Shown piece after piece: positions 1 through 8,042 of a DNA stretch of 57,747 nucleotides; position 1 is the stretch's first letter; each line of letters starts with the position of its first letter. The position numbers and the translations under genes are program-made. This DNA comes from Actinomycetota bacterium (GTDB lineage: Bacteria > Actinomycetota > Coriobacteriia > Anaerosomatales > JAENZW01), in assembly GCA_016841065.1 (NCBI GenBank), contig JAENZW010000002.1:1-57747 (forward strand). Direction: 5' to 3'. The notes beneath the pieces were generated by a model. The model saw nothing but the letters and a program-made list of their open reading frames with translations. It was not told where the DNA came from and ran no database searches.

Positions 1-1
1 C

Positions 2-253
2 GAACTCGATTCGGAAGCGATGCGGAAGGCATCGCGCCGTCCCGTACTGGTTACGGTGGAGGATCACGGCGTGCGGACGGGACTGGCCGCCTCTGTCGCG
101 GAGTGGCTGGCCATGAACCGGGTCACTACGCAGTTCGAGCGAATCGGCGTTGACGGCTACCAGAGTAGCGGGGCGGCAGAGAGTCTCATGTCCGAGTGCG
201 GTTTGGACGCGGATGCAATTGCAGAGAGGCTCATGCGTCTTCTTGGGGCCTAG
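2..253 (+). CDS. transketolase C-terminal subunit, 3' end only (gene starts upstream of window)
   Basis: Frame is open from the window edge. ...AMRKASRRPVLVTVEDHGVRTGLAASVAEWL...RIGVDGYQSSGAAESLMSECGLDADAI matches the pattern of the C-terminal domain of split transketolases. Confidence 0.7.
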   Translation, partial: ELDSEAMRKASRRPVLVTVEDHGVRTGLAASVAEWLAMNRVTTQFERIGVDGYQSSGAAESLMSECGLDADAIAERLMRLLGA

Positions 254-268
254 TGCGAGACGCCCCCG

Positions 269-820
269 TCAGTCGGCATCCTCGTAGGTTCGGATCGACT
301 CGATGATCCGCGCGGTCCCGTCGTCGGTCTTGCACGGTTTCGAAGTGACGCCCTTCTCGGCAAGGACGATCAGAACCGCCTCGATCGCGGCCTGAAGCGC
401 GTTCTCGACTTCGGGGGTGAGTGTGGTGACCCACTGTTCGATTCGGCCGACCTGAACACCGATGCACTCCGCGTGCACCACGACTCCGGTGAGCTCGGCT
501 GCTTCGAGCACGTTCACGAACTTCATGTCGTGCAGTGAGTGCATGACCTGGTTCGGAGCGATGTCCTCCGGTGAGAGCCGCACGATGGTTCCGGCCGGGT
601 GTCCAGTCCGGTCAACAGCATCGACAACCAGCACGAAGTTGCGATCGCGAAGCAGGTGGAGCATTCCGAGTCCCATCGTGCCGGCGTCGAGGAGCTCCAC
701 GGTGTCTGGGAACTGGAACGCGGACATGAGCAGCTCGACCACGCGGACGCCGACACCCTCGTCCCCCATGAGGGGGTTGCCGATCCCCAGTACAAGAATC
801 GGGGCGACATTGTTCCGCAT
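269..820 (-). CDS. [NiFe]-hydrogenase maturation endopeptidase (HyaD/HybD/HupD family)
   Basis: ILVLGIGNPLMGDEGVGVRVVELL is the family N-terminal motif. Start trimmed to ATG 818-820 (MRNNVAPILVLGIGN). Located in a hydrogenase gene neighbourhood. Confidence 0.85.
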   Translation of the reverse strand: MRNNVAPILVLGIGNPLMGDEGVGVRVVELLMSAFQFPDTVELLDAGTMGLGMLHLLRDRNFVLVVDAVDRTGHPAGTIVRLSPEDIAPNQVMHSLHDMKFVNVLEAAELTGVVVHAECIGVQVGRIEQWVTTLTPEVENALQAAIEAVLIVLAEKGVTSKPCKTDDGTARIIESIRTYEDAD

Positions 821-851
821 TGCGGGTTCTCCTCTGGGACGTGGGAGCCGT

Positions 852-878
852 GAGATGCGCGCCGATCGAGCGCATCTC
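852..878 (-). other. perfect 9-bp stem hairpin between the radical SAM gene and the protease gene
   Basis: GAGATGCGC-N9-GCGCATCTC seen directly, lying between stop 919 and start 820. No U-tract, so it is an intercistronic structure rather than a clear terminator. Confidence 0.4.
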
Positions 879-918
879 ATCGTATCGAAATGCTACTCGC
901 CGGGGAACGACGCAGTCT

Positions 919-2244
919 CTAGCAAGCCGCCAGCTCCGGCTCCCTGAAGTCGGTGCAGGTCTCACCCTCGAGAAGCAACATGCGCTCCTCTGTCGGCAAG
1001 GCTTCGCGCGCAGCATCTCTCTTGTCGTTTGAGGTCGCGAGAGTCTCGCGCATCATGACCATCAGGAGGTAGCGCCCCTTCTCGGTCAGCGTGATCTCCT
1101 CATCGTTGTGGGATGCGATACCACCAGCCGCGTGCATGAAGGCGATCTCCGCCGCCAGCCCTCGCTCGACCGGCACACCGAAATCGGCTTCGAAACGCTT
1201 CCTGTCCAGACGCATGCCGAAGAGGTCGGTCACGAAGCGATAGCGCATGAGGGCCTTCCTGTTGTACTGGCGTCCTCGTGTGGCGACGCCCATGTGACCC
1301 TGTGAGACTCGCCTCTCGTAGTCTTTCAGGGAGTGCGTGTTTCCGTATATCCGTCCGCCGAGGAACGACAGCGCTCCAGAGCCAACCCCGACGTACTCCT
1401 CGTAGTCAACGATGTACTCGTCGATCATGGCGTCCGTGTCGCGAGAATAGGTCCAGGCGGAAGCCGGAGAGAATGTGTCGCTGAGTCCTTCGGCGATGAT
1501 TCTGTAGTAGCGTGTTTCGCGGCTGAAATCGATCGGCCCGACAGCCCGCTCCATCTCGACTCGTGACTTGCGAGAAGCCATGAGCGGGTAGAAGGTCGTC
1601 TGGTTCGTGCCGGTGGCCTTCAGAAGTTCGATATCGCGCCAGAGCATGTCCTCCGTCTGGCTCGGGAAGTTGAAGATCATGTCCACATTCAGAGAGTGGA
1701 AGGCGCCTTCGACCGATTTCACCTTCTCGAACAACTCCTCGCCACCGCCGTACTTGTCGAGGCGATCCATCTGCTTCAGGAGCGTGTCCTCGAAGCTCTG
1801 CACACCTACCGACAGACGCTGCACCCGTTCGGACAGCGCATCGATGAGTTCGGGGCCGAGATGGTTCGGGCTTGTTTCGCAGGACACCTCCTGCACAGAG
1901 AAGAGCGTCTTCGCGAGATCGATGGTTGCGCAGAGTTCGTCCAGGAGGATCGTCGGGGTACCCCCGCCGATATACAGCGAGGGGAAGTCATACCCTAGTC
2001 CGGCGACGATTCGCATCTCCTCCCTCAGCGAGCGGAAGTAGGCGCGTGCGCGGTCTTCGCTGTACAGGAACCTGTTGAACGAGCAGTACAGGCAGAGGCG
2101 CTCACAGAACGGTACGTGCGCGTAGAGGACGTATCCGTGTCCGGGTTCGGGATCCGGCAGGTGTTCGAGTTCGCACGGTGATTCCGCGAGATAGTAACGA
2201 TTGAGCACGTGCAACGCGCTCGAAATCATTCGCTCAGATAGCAT
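919..2244 (-). CDS. radical SAM protein, HemN/HemW-like (oxygen-independent coproporphyrinogen-III oxidase family)
   Basis: 441 aa. CxxxCxxC motif in YAHVPFCERLCLYCSFNRF, GGGTP motif (YIGGGTPT), and a HemN-like C-terminal region. Confidence 0.75.
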   Translation of the reverse strand: MLSERMISSALHVLNRYYLAESPCELEHLPDPEPGHGYVLYAHVPFCERLCLYCSFNRFLYSEDRARAYFRSLREEMRIVAGLGYDFPSLYIGGGTPTILLDELCATIDLAKTLFSVQEVSCETSPNHLGPELIDALSERVQRLSVGVQSFEDTLLKQMDRLDKYGGGEELFEKVKSVEGAFHSLNVDMIFNFPSQTEDMLWRDIELLKATGTNQTTFYPLMASRKSRVEMERAVGPIDFSRETRYYRIIAEGLSDTFSPASAWTYSRDTDAMIDEYIVDYEEYVGVGSGALSFLGGRIYGNTHSLKDYERRVSQGHMGVATRGRQYNRKALMRYRFVTDLFGMRLDRKRFEADFGVPVERGLAAEIAFMHAAGGIASHNDEEITLTEKGRYLLMVMMRETLATSNDKRDAAREALPTEERMLLLEGETCTDFREPELAAC

Positions 2245-2452
2245 CGGTCCTCCGCTGTTGGTTGCTCAGCGTACTCGCCGGCATGCGTCAGCGGGACCAG
2301 AAGTAGCGACCGGTTGCGAACCGCACCCCTTCACCTGCCTTGCGACTGGTGTCCCCCGGCGGTCTGCGCCCGCAACGCGCGCGCATACGGTCCGTCTCGT
2401 CCCTTCGGCAACTTCTTCGGCATGCAGAGCGCGACTCCTGCCGTGCCGGCGT

Positions 2453-2487
2453 TCAAAAGGATAGAGGCCCCGGTCTCCCGAGGCCTC
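2453..2487 (-). terminator. intrinsic terminator after the cytochrome b gene
   Basis: Minus-strand RNA reads GAGGCCUCGG-GAGA-CCGGGGCCUC (10 bp including one G.U, tetraloop) followed by UAUCCUUUUGAAC. It lies 34 nt after the stop at 2521. Confidence 0.7.
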
Positions 2488-2520
2488 CCTCCGCCTGCAA
2501 ACATCCCGGCAGGATTGCAG

Positions 2521-3198
2521 CTAGTGCGCCTTGCCTCCCGCAGGATTGCCTTCCTTGTCGAAGTGCAGGCCCTCGCTCTCCTTCCAAGCGAAGATGAGCC
2601 CGGAAGGCGCGAAGCCCTCGACGTTGGCCAGGTAGGCGTGGATGGCCGTGAACACGATGAACACCCACATGAGGAAGTAGTGGATGACACGCATGTACAT
2701 GTACCCACCGACCCAGCCCGCACCGGCACTGAAGAAGCTCCAGTCCATCGTCGGACCCCAGATCGAGAAGCCCGTGTACGCCATGACGAACGTCAGCGGT
2801 ACCGTGGCGATGTACGCGATCTTCTGCAGGACGCCGTACTTCGCGCCCAGCGGGTGGTCCTTCTTCATGAACAGGTAGTACTTGATCCAGGCGAGGAACT
2901 GGTGACGGTTCGCCTTCTGTGGCAGCCAGTTCTTGATGTCCGTGTCTACCTCGCGCGAGCCGAGAGACACAGCTGACTTCACGAAGAAGGCGGCAATGAT
3001 CCGGAACGTGAGGTTGATGATGAGCACGAACATGAAGAAGAAGTGCATGCCACGAGCGACACCCATGAACCCGGCGAAGAAGGGGTAGTGGATGTAGAAG
3101 CCCGAGAAGGCGAGCGACACCATTGCGATGAGGTTGATCCAGTGGGTGAGGACGAACACCATCGGGTGTGCCTCACGGTAGTGCGCGGGGTGCGCCAT
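2521..3198 (-). CDS. Ni/Fe-hydrogenase b-type cytochrome subunit (HyaC/HupC family)
   Basis: 225 aa with four predicted TM helices. N-terminus HPMVFVLTHWINLIAMVSLAFSGFYIHYP is typical of the family. It immediately follows the large subunit gene. Confidence 0.85.
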   Translation of the reverse strand: MAHPAHYREAHPMVFVLTHWINLIAMVSLAFSGFYIHYPFFAGFMGVARGMHFFFMFVLIINLTFRIIAAFFVKSAVSLGSREVDTDIKNWLPQKANRHQFLAWIKYYLFMKKDHPLGAKYGVLQKIAYIATVPLTFVMAYTGFSIWGPTMDWSFFSAGAGWVGGYMYMRVIHYFLMWVFIVFTAIHAYLANVEGFAPSGLIFAWKESEGLHFDKEGNPAGGKAH

Positions 3199-3199
3199 C

Positions 3200-4981
3200 T
3201 TACCTCACCCCCATCGGCTTGGTGTTGACGAACGCTTCCTTGCCCGTTTTCGGTTCAATCACGTGAACCGCACAGCCGATTCAAGGATCGAAGCTGCGGA
3301 CGATCCTGACGACCTCCATGGGCCGTTCGGGGTCCATAACGGGTGCGCCGATCAAGGACTCCTCGATCGGTCCGCGAACCGCGTCGGCACCTTCCTTGTC
3401 GCGAGGGGCGATGTCCCATGTGGTGGGCGCGACGACCTGGTAGTTCGAGAGCTTGCCGCCCTCGACGGTCATCCAATGCGCGACGGAGCCGCGCGGAGCC
3501 TCCCACATTCCGACACCCTTGCCGTCGGACACGGAGTGCGGCTCAAACCACTTGACGTCGCCCTCTTTGACATAGCCGACGAGTTCGAGCACGGAAGCAA
3601 CCGAGAGATCCGCGACGAAGGCGGTCTCAAGATTCCGTGCCGCCACCCGTCCAAGCAGCGACTGAAGCGCGGCGAGCGGCACGGGGCCCGTCAGGCCCAG
3701 TTCGCTGCCAAGCGCGCCCAGCGTCAGGTCGATGAGCTGCTTGGGCGTGCGGACGCCATCCGGCCACTGCATTTCTGTGTCGCGCAGATAGGCGACGAGC
3801 ATGCGTGACAGCGGGCCGACCTCCATGGGGAGATCGTCGTAGCGAACCGCTTTGCCCCATGAGTACTTGCCGTTCACGTCGTAATCGACATATTTGGCGC
3901 TGGTCTCACCGTCGGACGGATTGAGACCATCGGCGGAGTCGTACCACGACCGGGACACGTACTCCATGACCTTCGAGGGATCAGGATCCTCGAGTCCCGG
4001 AATCACGCCTGCGGCGAGATCCAGACCCTTGATGACGCCACCCGGGAGGTAGCGTTTCGTGAGTTCGAAGCTCGGATCGTTGAAGACTCCCCACGCCAGG
4101 TAGTTCTTGCATCCTGCACCGTAGGCGGCCGAAGAGACGATGCCCTCATTCGGGTAGTCTTTCGCGTAATACGGAGCGATGGCCAGCGTGTCCGGGATCA
4201 TGACGTTGTTGACGAAGTCCACGACCTTCATGAGTCGGTACAGCACGTCGTCGAGCTTCTCCTCAGTGGGAACGAAGGTCGTGCCGCCGTTGACCGATGT
4301 CATGAAGTGCGGGAACTTGCCTCCCATGATGCCGATGATCTGCGACGCTTCGGCTTGCACCTGGAGCGCCTCAAGATAGTGAGCGACGGCGATCAAGTGA
4401 AGCTCGGCTGGCATCTCGGATGGATACGCGGGATGTCCTAGCCAACCGTTGGTGAAGATCGACAGCCGGTTGTTGTTCAGCCCGGCGTTGATGAACTCGC
4501 CAACGCGCTTCTGTACGGCGCCGAAGTCGGTTACACGCACGTCGAAGCCGGCAGGGGCGTACTTCCCCGCAACGGCAAGCGCAAGATCGTAGGTCGCCGC
4601 GATATCGGCAGACAAGGCCTTGAGCGGGTCGACGTAGTCGAGCGCTGCCAGGGTGTAGAACCACAACACGTGACTGTGGAGGTACTGTGCACACTCGATG
4701 ATGTTGCGTACGAGTCGCGCCCCGTTCGGGATGGTGAGATCGTACGTGTCTTCGGCCGACATCGTGGATGCGTGGCCGTGAGAGATCGGGCAGACACCAC
4801 AGATGCGCTGCGACACATAGAACGCATCCTGGGGACGGCGGCCCTTGAGCACTGTCTCCATGCCTCGGTAGAGGGTGCCCGATACCCAGGCGTCGGATAC
4901 TTTGCTGTCAGCACCGATCTCCACCTCGACGCGTAGGTGACCCTCGATCCGGGTCAGTGGATCGACAACTACACGTGCCAT
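3200..4981 (-). CDS. group-1 [NiFeSe]-hydrogenase large subunit, with selenocysteine encoded by the in-frame TGA at 3281-3283
   Basis: N-terminal RIEGHLRVEV and RICGVCPISH motifs. The ORF track stops at ...RSFDP-TGA. Same-frame read-through gives U-IGCAVH-VIEPKTGKEAFVNTKPMGVR-TAA, restoring DP(U)xxCxxH plus a cleavable tail. A hairpin follows 10 nt after the TGA. Confidence 0.85.
3251..3270 (-). promoter_or_regulatory. SECIS-like stem-loop for Sec insertion
   Basis: Minus-strand RNA: UGA-AUCGGCUGUG-CGGUUCA-CGUGAU-UGAACCG. Perfect 7-bp stem, 6-nt loop containing GU, stem beginning 10 nt after the UGA. Confidence 0.65.
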
Positions 4982-6216
4982 TACTTACCGCCTCCCTTCT
5001 TGCGATCGTGTGCCCGCACGTCCTCATACGGAGCGCCGCCGTCCATGCGTCCGGCTACCTTCATGCCGATTCCGTGGACGAGGAGCGCGCCCGCGGCGAC
5101 CGCGCCGACTGCGGCGCCGATGGTGGAGGGCTGGAATGTCGTGCCAGCGATGGGCAGGTCGGGCATGCGATTCAGGAACGGTGCACCGACGTCCACCCAG
5201 TTGCCGCCAGGCGACAACGGATTCGCGTTGCCGCACCCGATGCAGGGAGCACCAGATTCGACGCACCAAGATGCCCCGTCGTTCCAGCGCACGATGGGAC
5301 AGTTCGTGAACGTCTGCGGTCCCTTGCAGCCGACGGCATACAGGCAGTAGCCCTTGGCTTCCTCAGCGGAACCGAATTCGTACACGAACTCGCCGTTCTC
5401 GAAGTGCCCGCGACGTGGGCAGTTGTCGTGAATGGTCTGGCCGAATATGAGACTCGGCCGGCCGAAGTCGTCGAGCTTATCGAGTATCGCGCCGCTCTCA
5501 AGCTGGCCGAGGAGCAGGACGTCGATAACCATGGCGACGACCCATTCGGGATTGACCGGGCACGTCGGCAGGTTGATGACCGGCGTCGCGATCCCCTCGT
5601 CCTTGCAGAACTGCTGAATGCCTTTGCCTTCTGCCGGATTCGGACGGGCAGCGACCCAACCACCGTCGACCGCACAAGAGCCAACGGCGACGATGGCGGC
5701 GGCGTTCTTGCATATCTCAGGCAGTTCTTCGGTCTGAGACTTGCCGGCGATGCGAAGTGCATTGCCGCCGAAGCCGGTCATGACCGTGCCTTCGAAGATG
5801 AGGATGTAGCCACCCTCCTCGAGCATCGTCTTGATTGCGCCCTCAGCCGTGAGCTCGGGCTTCGCCTCAACGACTCCTTCCTGATAGCCAGGAATCATTT
5901 CGGGGCCGCCCTGAGCCATCATGACCGTCTCGAAGTAGTTGAGTGAGAGAAGATCCAGGACGACAGTTGCGACGTCCGGAGTCATTCCCTGCGCCATCGA
6001 TTCAGTGCAACCAGTGCATGCACCGCCGTTGATCCATAGGGCGGGTGCTCTGGGTGTGAGAGCTGCCGCCTCGACGGCTGCGGCTATCTGCGGAATCGCG
6101 GTCTCAGCGAGACCCATGAGTGTAGCGATCGAGCCGCAGAACTTGAGGAAATCCCGACGTGTCACGCCTCGAGCCGCTAGCTGCGAGTACAACGCGTCGT
6201 GGTTCCCATGTGCCAT
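4981..6216 (-). CDS. group-1 [NiFe(Se)]-hydrogenase small subunit, Tat-exported, with C-terminal TM anchor
   Basis: Twin-arginine signal GVTRRDFLKFCGS. GGACTGCTESM and other Fe-S cysteine motifs. C-terminal hydrophobic helix IGAAVGAVAAGALLVHGI. Start set at ATG 6214-6216 (MAHGN), 7 nt after AAGGAGG. TAATG overlap with the large subunit start. Confidence 0.9.
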   Translation of the reverse strand: MAHGNHDALYSQLAARGVTRRDFLKFCGSIATLMGLAETAIPQIAAAVEAAALTPRAPALWINGGACTGCTESMAQGMTPDVATVVLDLLSLNYFETVMMAQGGPEMIPGYQEGVVEAKPELTAEGAIKTMLEEGGYILIFEGTVMTGFGGNALRIAGKSQTEELPEICKNAAAIVAVGSCAVDGGWVAARPNPAEGKGIQQFCKDEGIATPVINLPTCPVNPEWVVAMVIDVLLLGQLESGAILDKLDDFGRPSLIFGQTIHDNCPRRGHFENGEFVYEFGSAEEAKGYCLYAVGCKGPQTFTNCPIVRWNDGASWCVESGAPCIGCGNANPLSPGGNWVDVGAPFLNRMPDLPIAGTTFQPSTIGAAVGAVAAGALLVHGIGMKVAGRMDGGAPYEDVRAHDRKKGGGK

Positions 6217-7056
6217 GCGATACACCTCCTTGTGGTTTGCGATCGGTACGTGTGGTTTGACGTCAGCCGCGCAGCAGTTCCGATGAGCGGCTGTGTGTGT
6301 GACGCGATCAGCCTCCTTCCAGGCAGCTCAGGGGCTTGCATGTGCCAAAGGGAAGTCCTCGATGCAGGCATCGACCGGAGATGCATGCATCGCCCAAGGC
6401 CGAGTGAGATCTGCCGGGGAATCCGCGGCAGAGGGGAGTTCCGGCGAGTCGGAGACTCCGGATGGGGAGCGAGCGAGGGAAGGGTGAGGCAGCGTCACAG
6501 ACGTGACGCTGCGCAAAACGCATGGTCCCCCAAGAACCGCGCATTGTTCGCATGAAGCCGCTGTACCCCTCGTCTTCGTCCCAGGCACAATCGGACGAGC
6601 GGAGACTTCTTACAGCTGGTCATTCTACATACATCCCCCGTCGCGCGCCATGTCGGCGGGGACTCATTTGGCTGCTGAGGGGAACACTCACACACAGAGG
6701 CACAGATCCTCGTGCCTATGTGGGTATTGGAGGTGTTCGCACCGTGAAACATCGACAGGTAGAGAACGGAAGAGAAGCACTCGGCGGGGCGCCGGACACG
6801 CCTCTTCCAGTGGATGCGCCGGAGGACTTGCGCGAGAAATGCGCGAACGACAGGGATGCGCTGTCGCCGAGGCAGACGGCAGACTGTGCTGGCACAGACC
6901 TGGCCGAGTTGTATGAGAACGAGGAAGACGGGGGGTCATAGAAGCGCGAAACTGGCGCACATGGGCAATCATCGGAGAGGAACGGGCACATGTGCGAAGA
7001 ATCACTCAATAGATAGTGTTGTGCACGCATTCTAGCGACTCAAGGAACGGGTGCGA

Positions 7057-7335
7057 ATGGTATCAGGCTCCCCACACGGTCTGGTGGTGGATCTTCGCGG
7101 ATTCACTCCCGGTCTTCGACGGCCAGTCGTGTTCGCCGTTCTGGACAAGATGCTGGAACTAGACGCGGACGACAGTCTCGTGGTCGTGTGCGATCACGAA
7201 CCAGCAGGACTTGGCTACCAGATCGACCTTCGCAAGGAGACCAAGGGTCGCTTTGAGTACTTCTACGACCAGCGCATGGATGGCGCGTGGGTAGCGCTCA
7301 TCCGGCGCAAGCTCGGCTCGGGCAGGTCAATCTAG
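7057..7335 (+). CDS. DUF2249 domain protein
   Basis: VVDLRGFTPGLRRPVVFAVLDKM...LVVVCDHEPAGLGYQI...WVALIRRK follows the DUF2249 pattern as I recall it. ATG 7057 is preceded by AAGGAACGG. Confidence 0.6.
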   Translation: MVSGSPHGLVVDLRGFTPGLRRPVVFAVLDKMLELDADDSLVVVCDHEPAGLGYQIDLRKETKGRFEYFYDQRMDGAWVALIRRKLGSGRSI

Positions 7336-7343
7336 GTAGCCAT

Positions 7344-8042
7344 CTACACCCTGAATATGCGTTCGAGAAGATCGGGCAGATCCTCCAGGGTCCCGCGGTA
7401 GGTAGCGTGCGGTGAAGGCGCTTCGCCGACGCTGAAGGTCGCCATTCCCGAGTCGACGGCCGACATGTCGAGAATGGGATCGTCGCCGATCATGAGACAA
7501 TCCCGCGGCTCGACTCCGATCATCTGCGCGGTCTCGTCGAAGTAGGCCCGAAGTGGTTTGCATGCGTGCATGCATTCGTAGGCAGTGATGGCGTGGGCGC
7601 GCGAGGGGTCTATTCCTGCCCAACTGAGACGATGTTCGACGGCGCGCAGCGGGAAGATAGGGTTGGTAGCGATCGCGATGCGCAGCCCGATTTCCTCGGC
7701 GGCAGCAAGGGCCTCCTCCGCACCTGCGACCGGACCCGTTCCGCCTCCGAGACTGGGGAAGCGCTCTTCGTAGAAGCGGGAGAAGACGTCCGCATTCGCA
7801 TCGATGTCGACACCGGTGAGGCGCAGGTATTCTCGGTGGAAGACATCCTTGTTCGTGACACCGGGGTGGGGACGGATCATGGCTTCGGTAGCGTCGTTGA
7901 GGGCCTGCATGGCGTTCTCCACCTGTCCTGCAGGGACGAGCTGGGCGACGGTCTCTGCAAGCGCGTCGAAGTAGCGGCGCAGGAAAGCACCCATGTCTAT
8001 GTCCAAGAGAGTGCCATCGAGATCGAAGAGAATGCCCTGCAT
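7344..8042 (-). CDS. HAD-superfamily hydrolase (subfamily IA-like phosphatase)
   Basis: N-terminal MQGILFDLDGTLLD (DxDGT motif I). Later ...ATNP... and MIGDDPILD motifs. Confidence 0.8.
   Translation of the reverse strand: MQGILFDLDGTLLDIDMGAFLRRYFDALAETVAQLVPAGQVENAMQALNDATEAMIRPHPGVTNKDVFHREYLRLTGVDIDANADVFSRFYEERFPSLGGGTGPVAGAEEALAAAEEIGLRIAIATNPIFPLRAVEHRLSWAGIDPSRAHAITAYECMHACKPLRAYFDETAQMIGVEPRDCLMIGDDPILDMSAVDSGMATFSVGEAPSPHATYRGTLEDLPDLLERIFRV

Noticed and set aside
2331-2729. 132-aa minus-strand ORF spanning the cytochrome b 3' end and the terminator region, including a basic 30-aa peptide (MPKKLPKGRDGPYARALRAQ...).
   Set aside because: It overlaps the cytochrome b gene out of frame and crosses an intrinsic terminator. 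It has no SD and a noise-like composition.
3281-3283. Reading the TGA as a genuine stop or as a pseudogenising nonsense mutation of the large subunit.
   Set aside because: The downstream frame stays open exactly through the missing xxCxxH ligands plus a protease-type tail. It ends one base before the next gene, and a hairpin sits at SECIS distance. A decaying pseudogene would not preserve all of this.
6346-6360. AAAGGGAAGTCCTCG resembles the GGAAAGTCCGG core of RNase P RNA, so I considered an RNase P or other housekeeping RNA gene in the gap.
   Set aside because: The rest of the RNase P signature (P4 partner ACAGAA.CCGGCTTA-type 3' element and the surrounding helices) is not present on either strand. 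I also saw no tmRNA, SRP or tRNA-Sec-like acceptor/T-arm features.
6503-7030. Several 70-139-aa ORFs on both strands in the long intergenic gap (for example 6503-6916 +, 6688-7005 -, 6716-7030 -).
   Set aside because: They mutually overlap, give Arg/Ser/Pro-rich translations, and have no SD or motif support. Only the 3' part of the 6522-6941 frame was kept, as a low-confidence finding.
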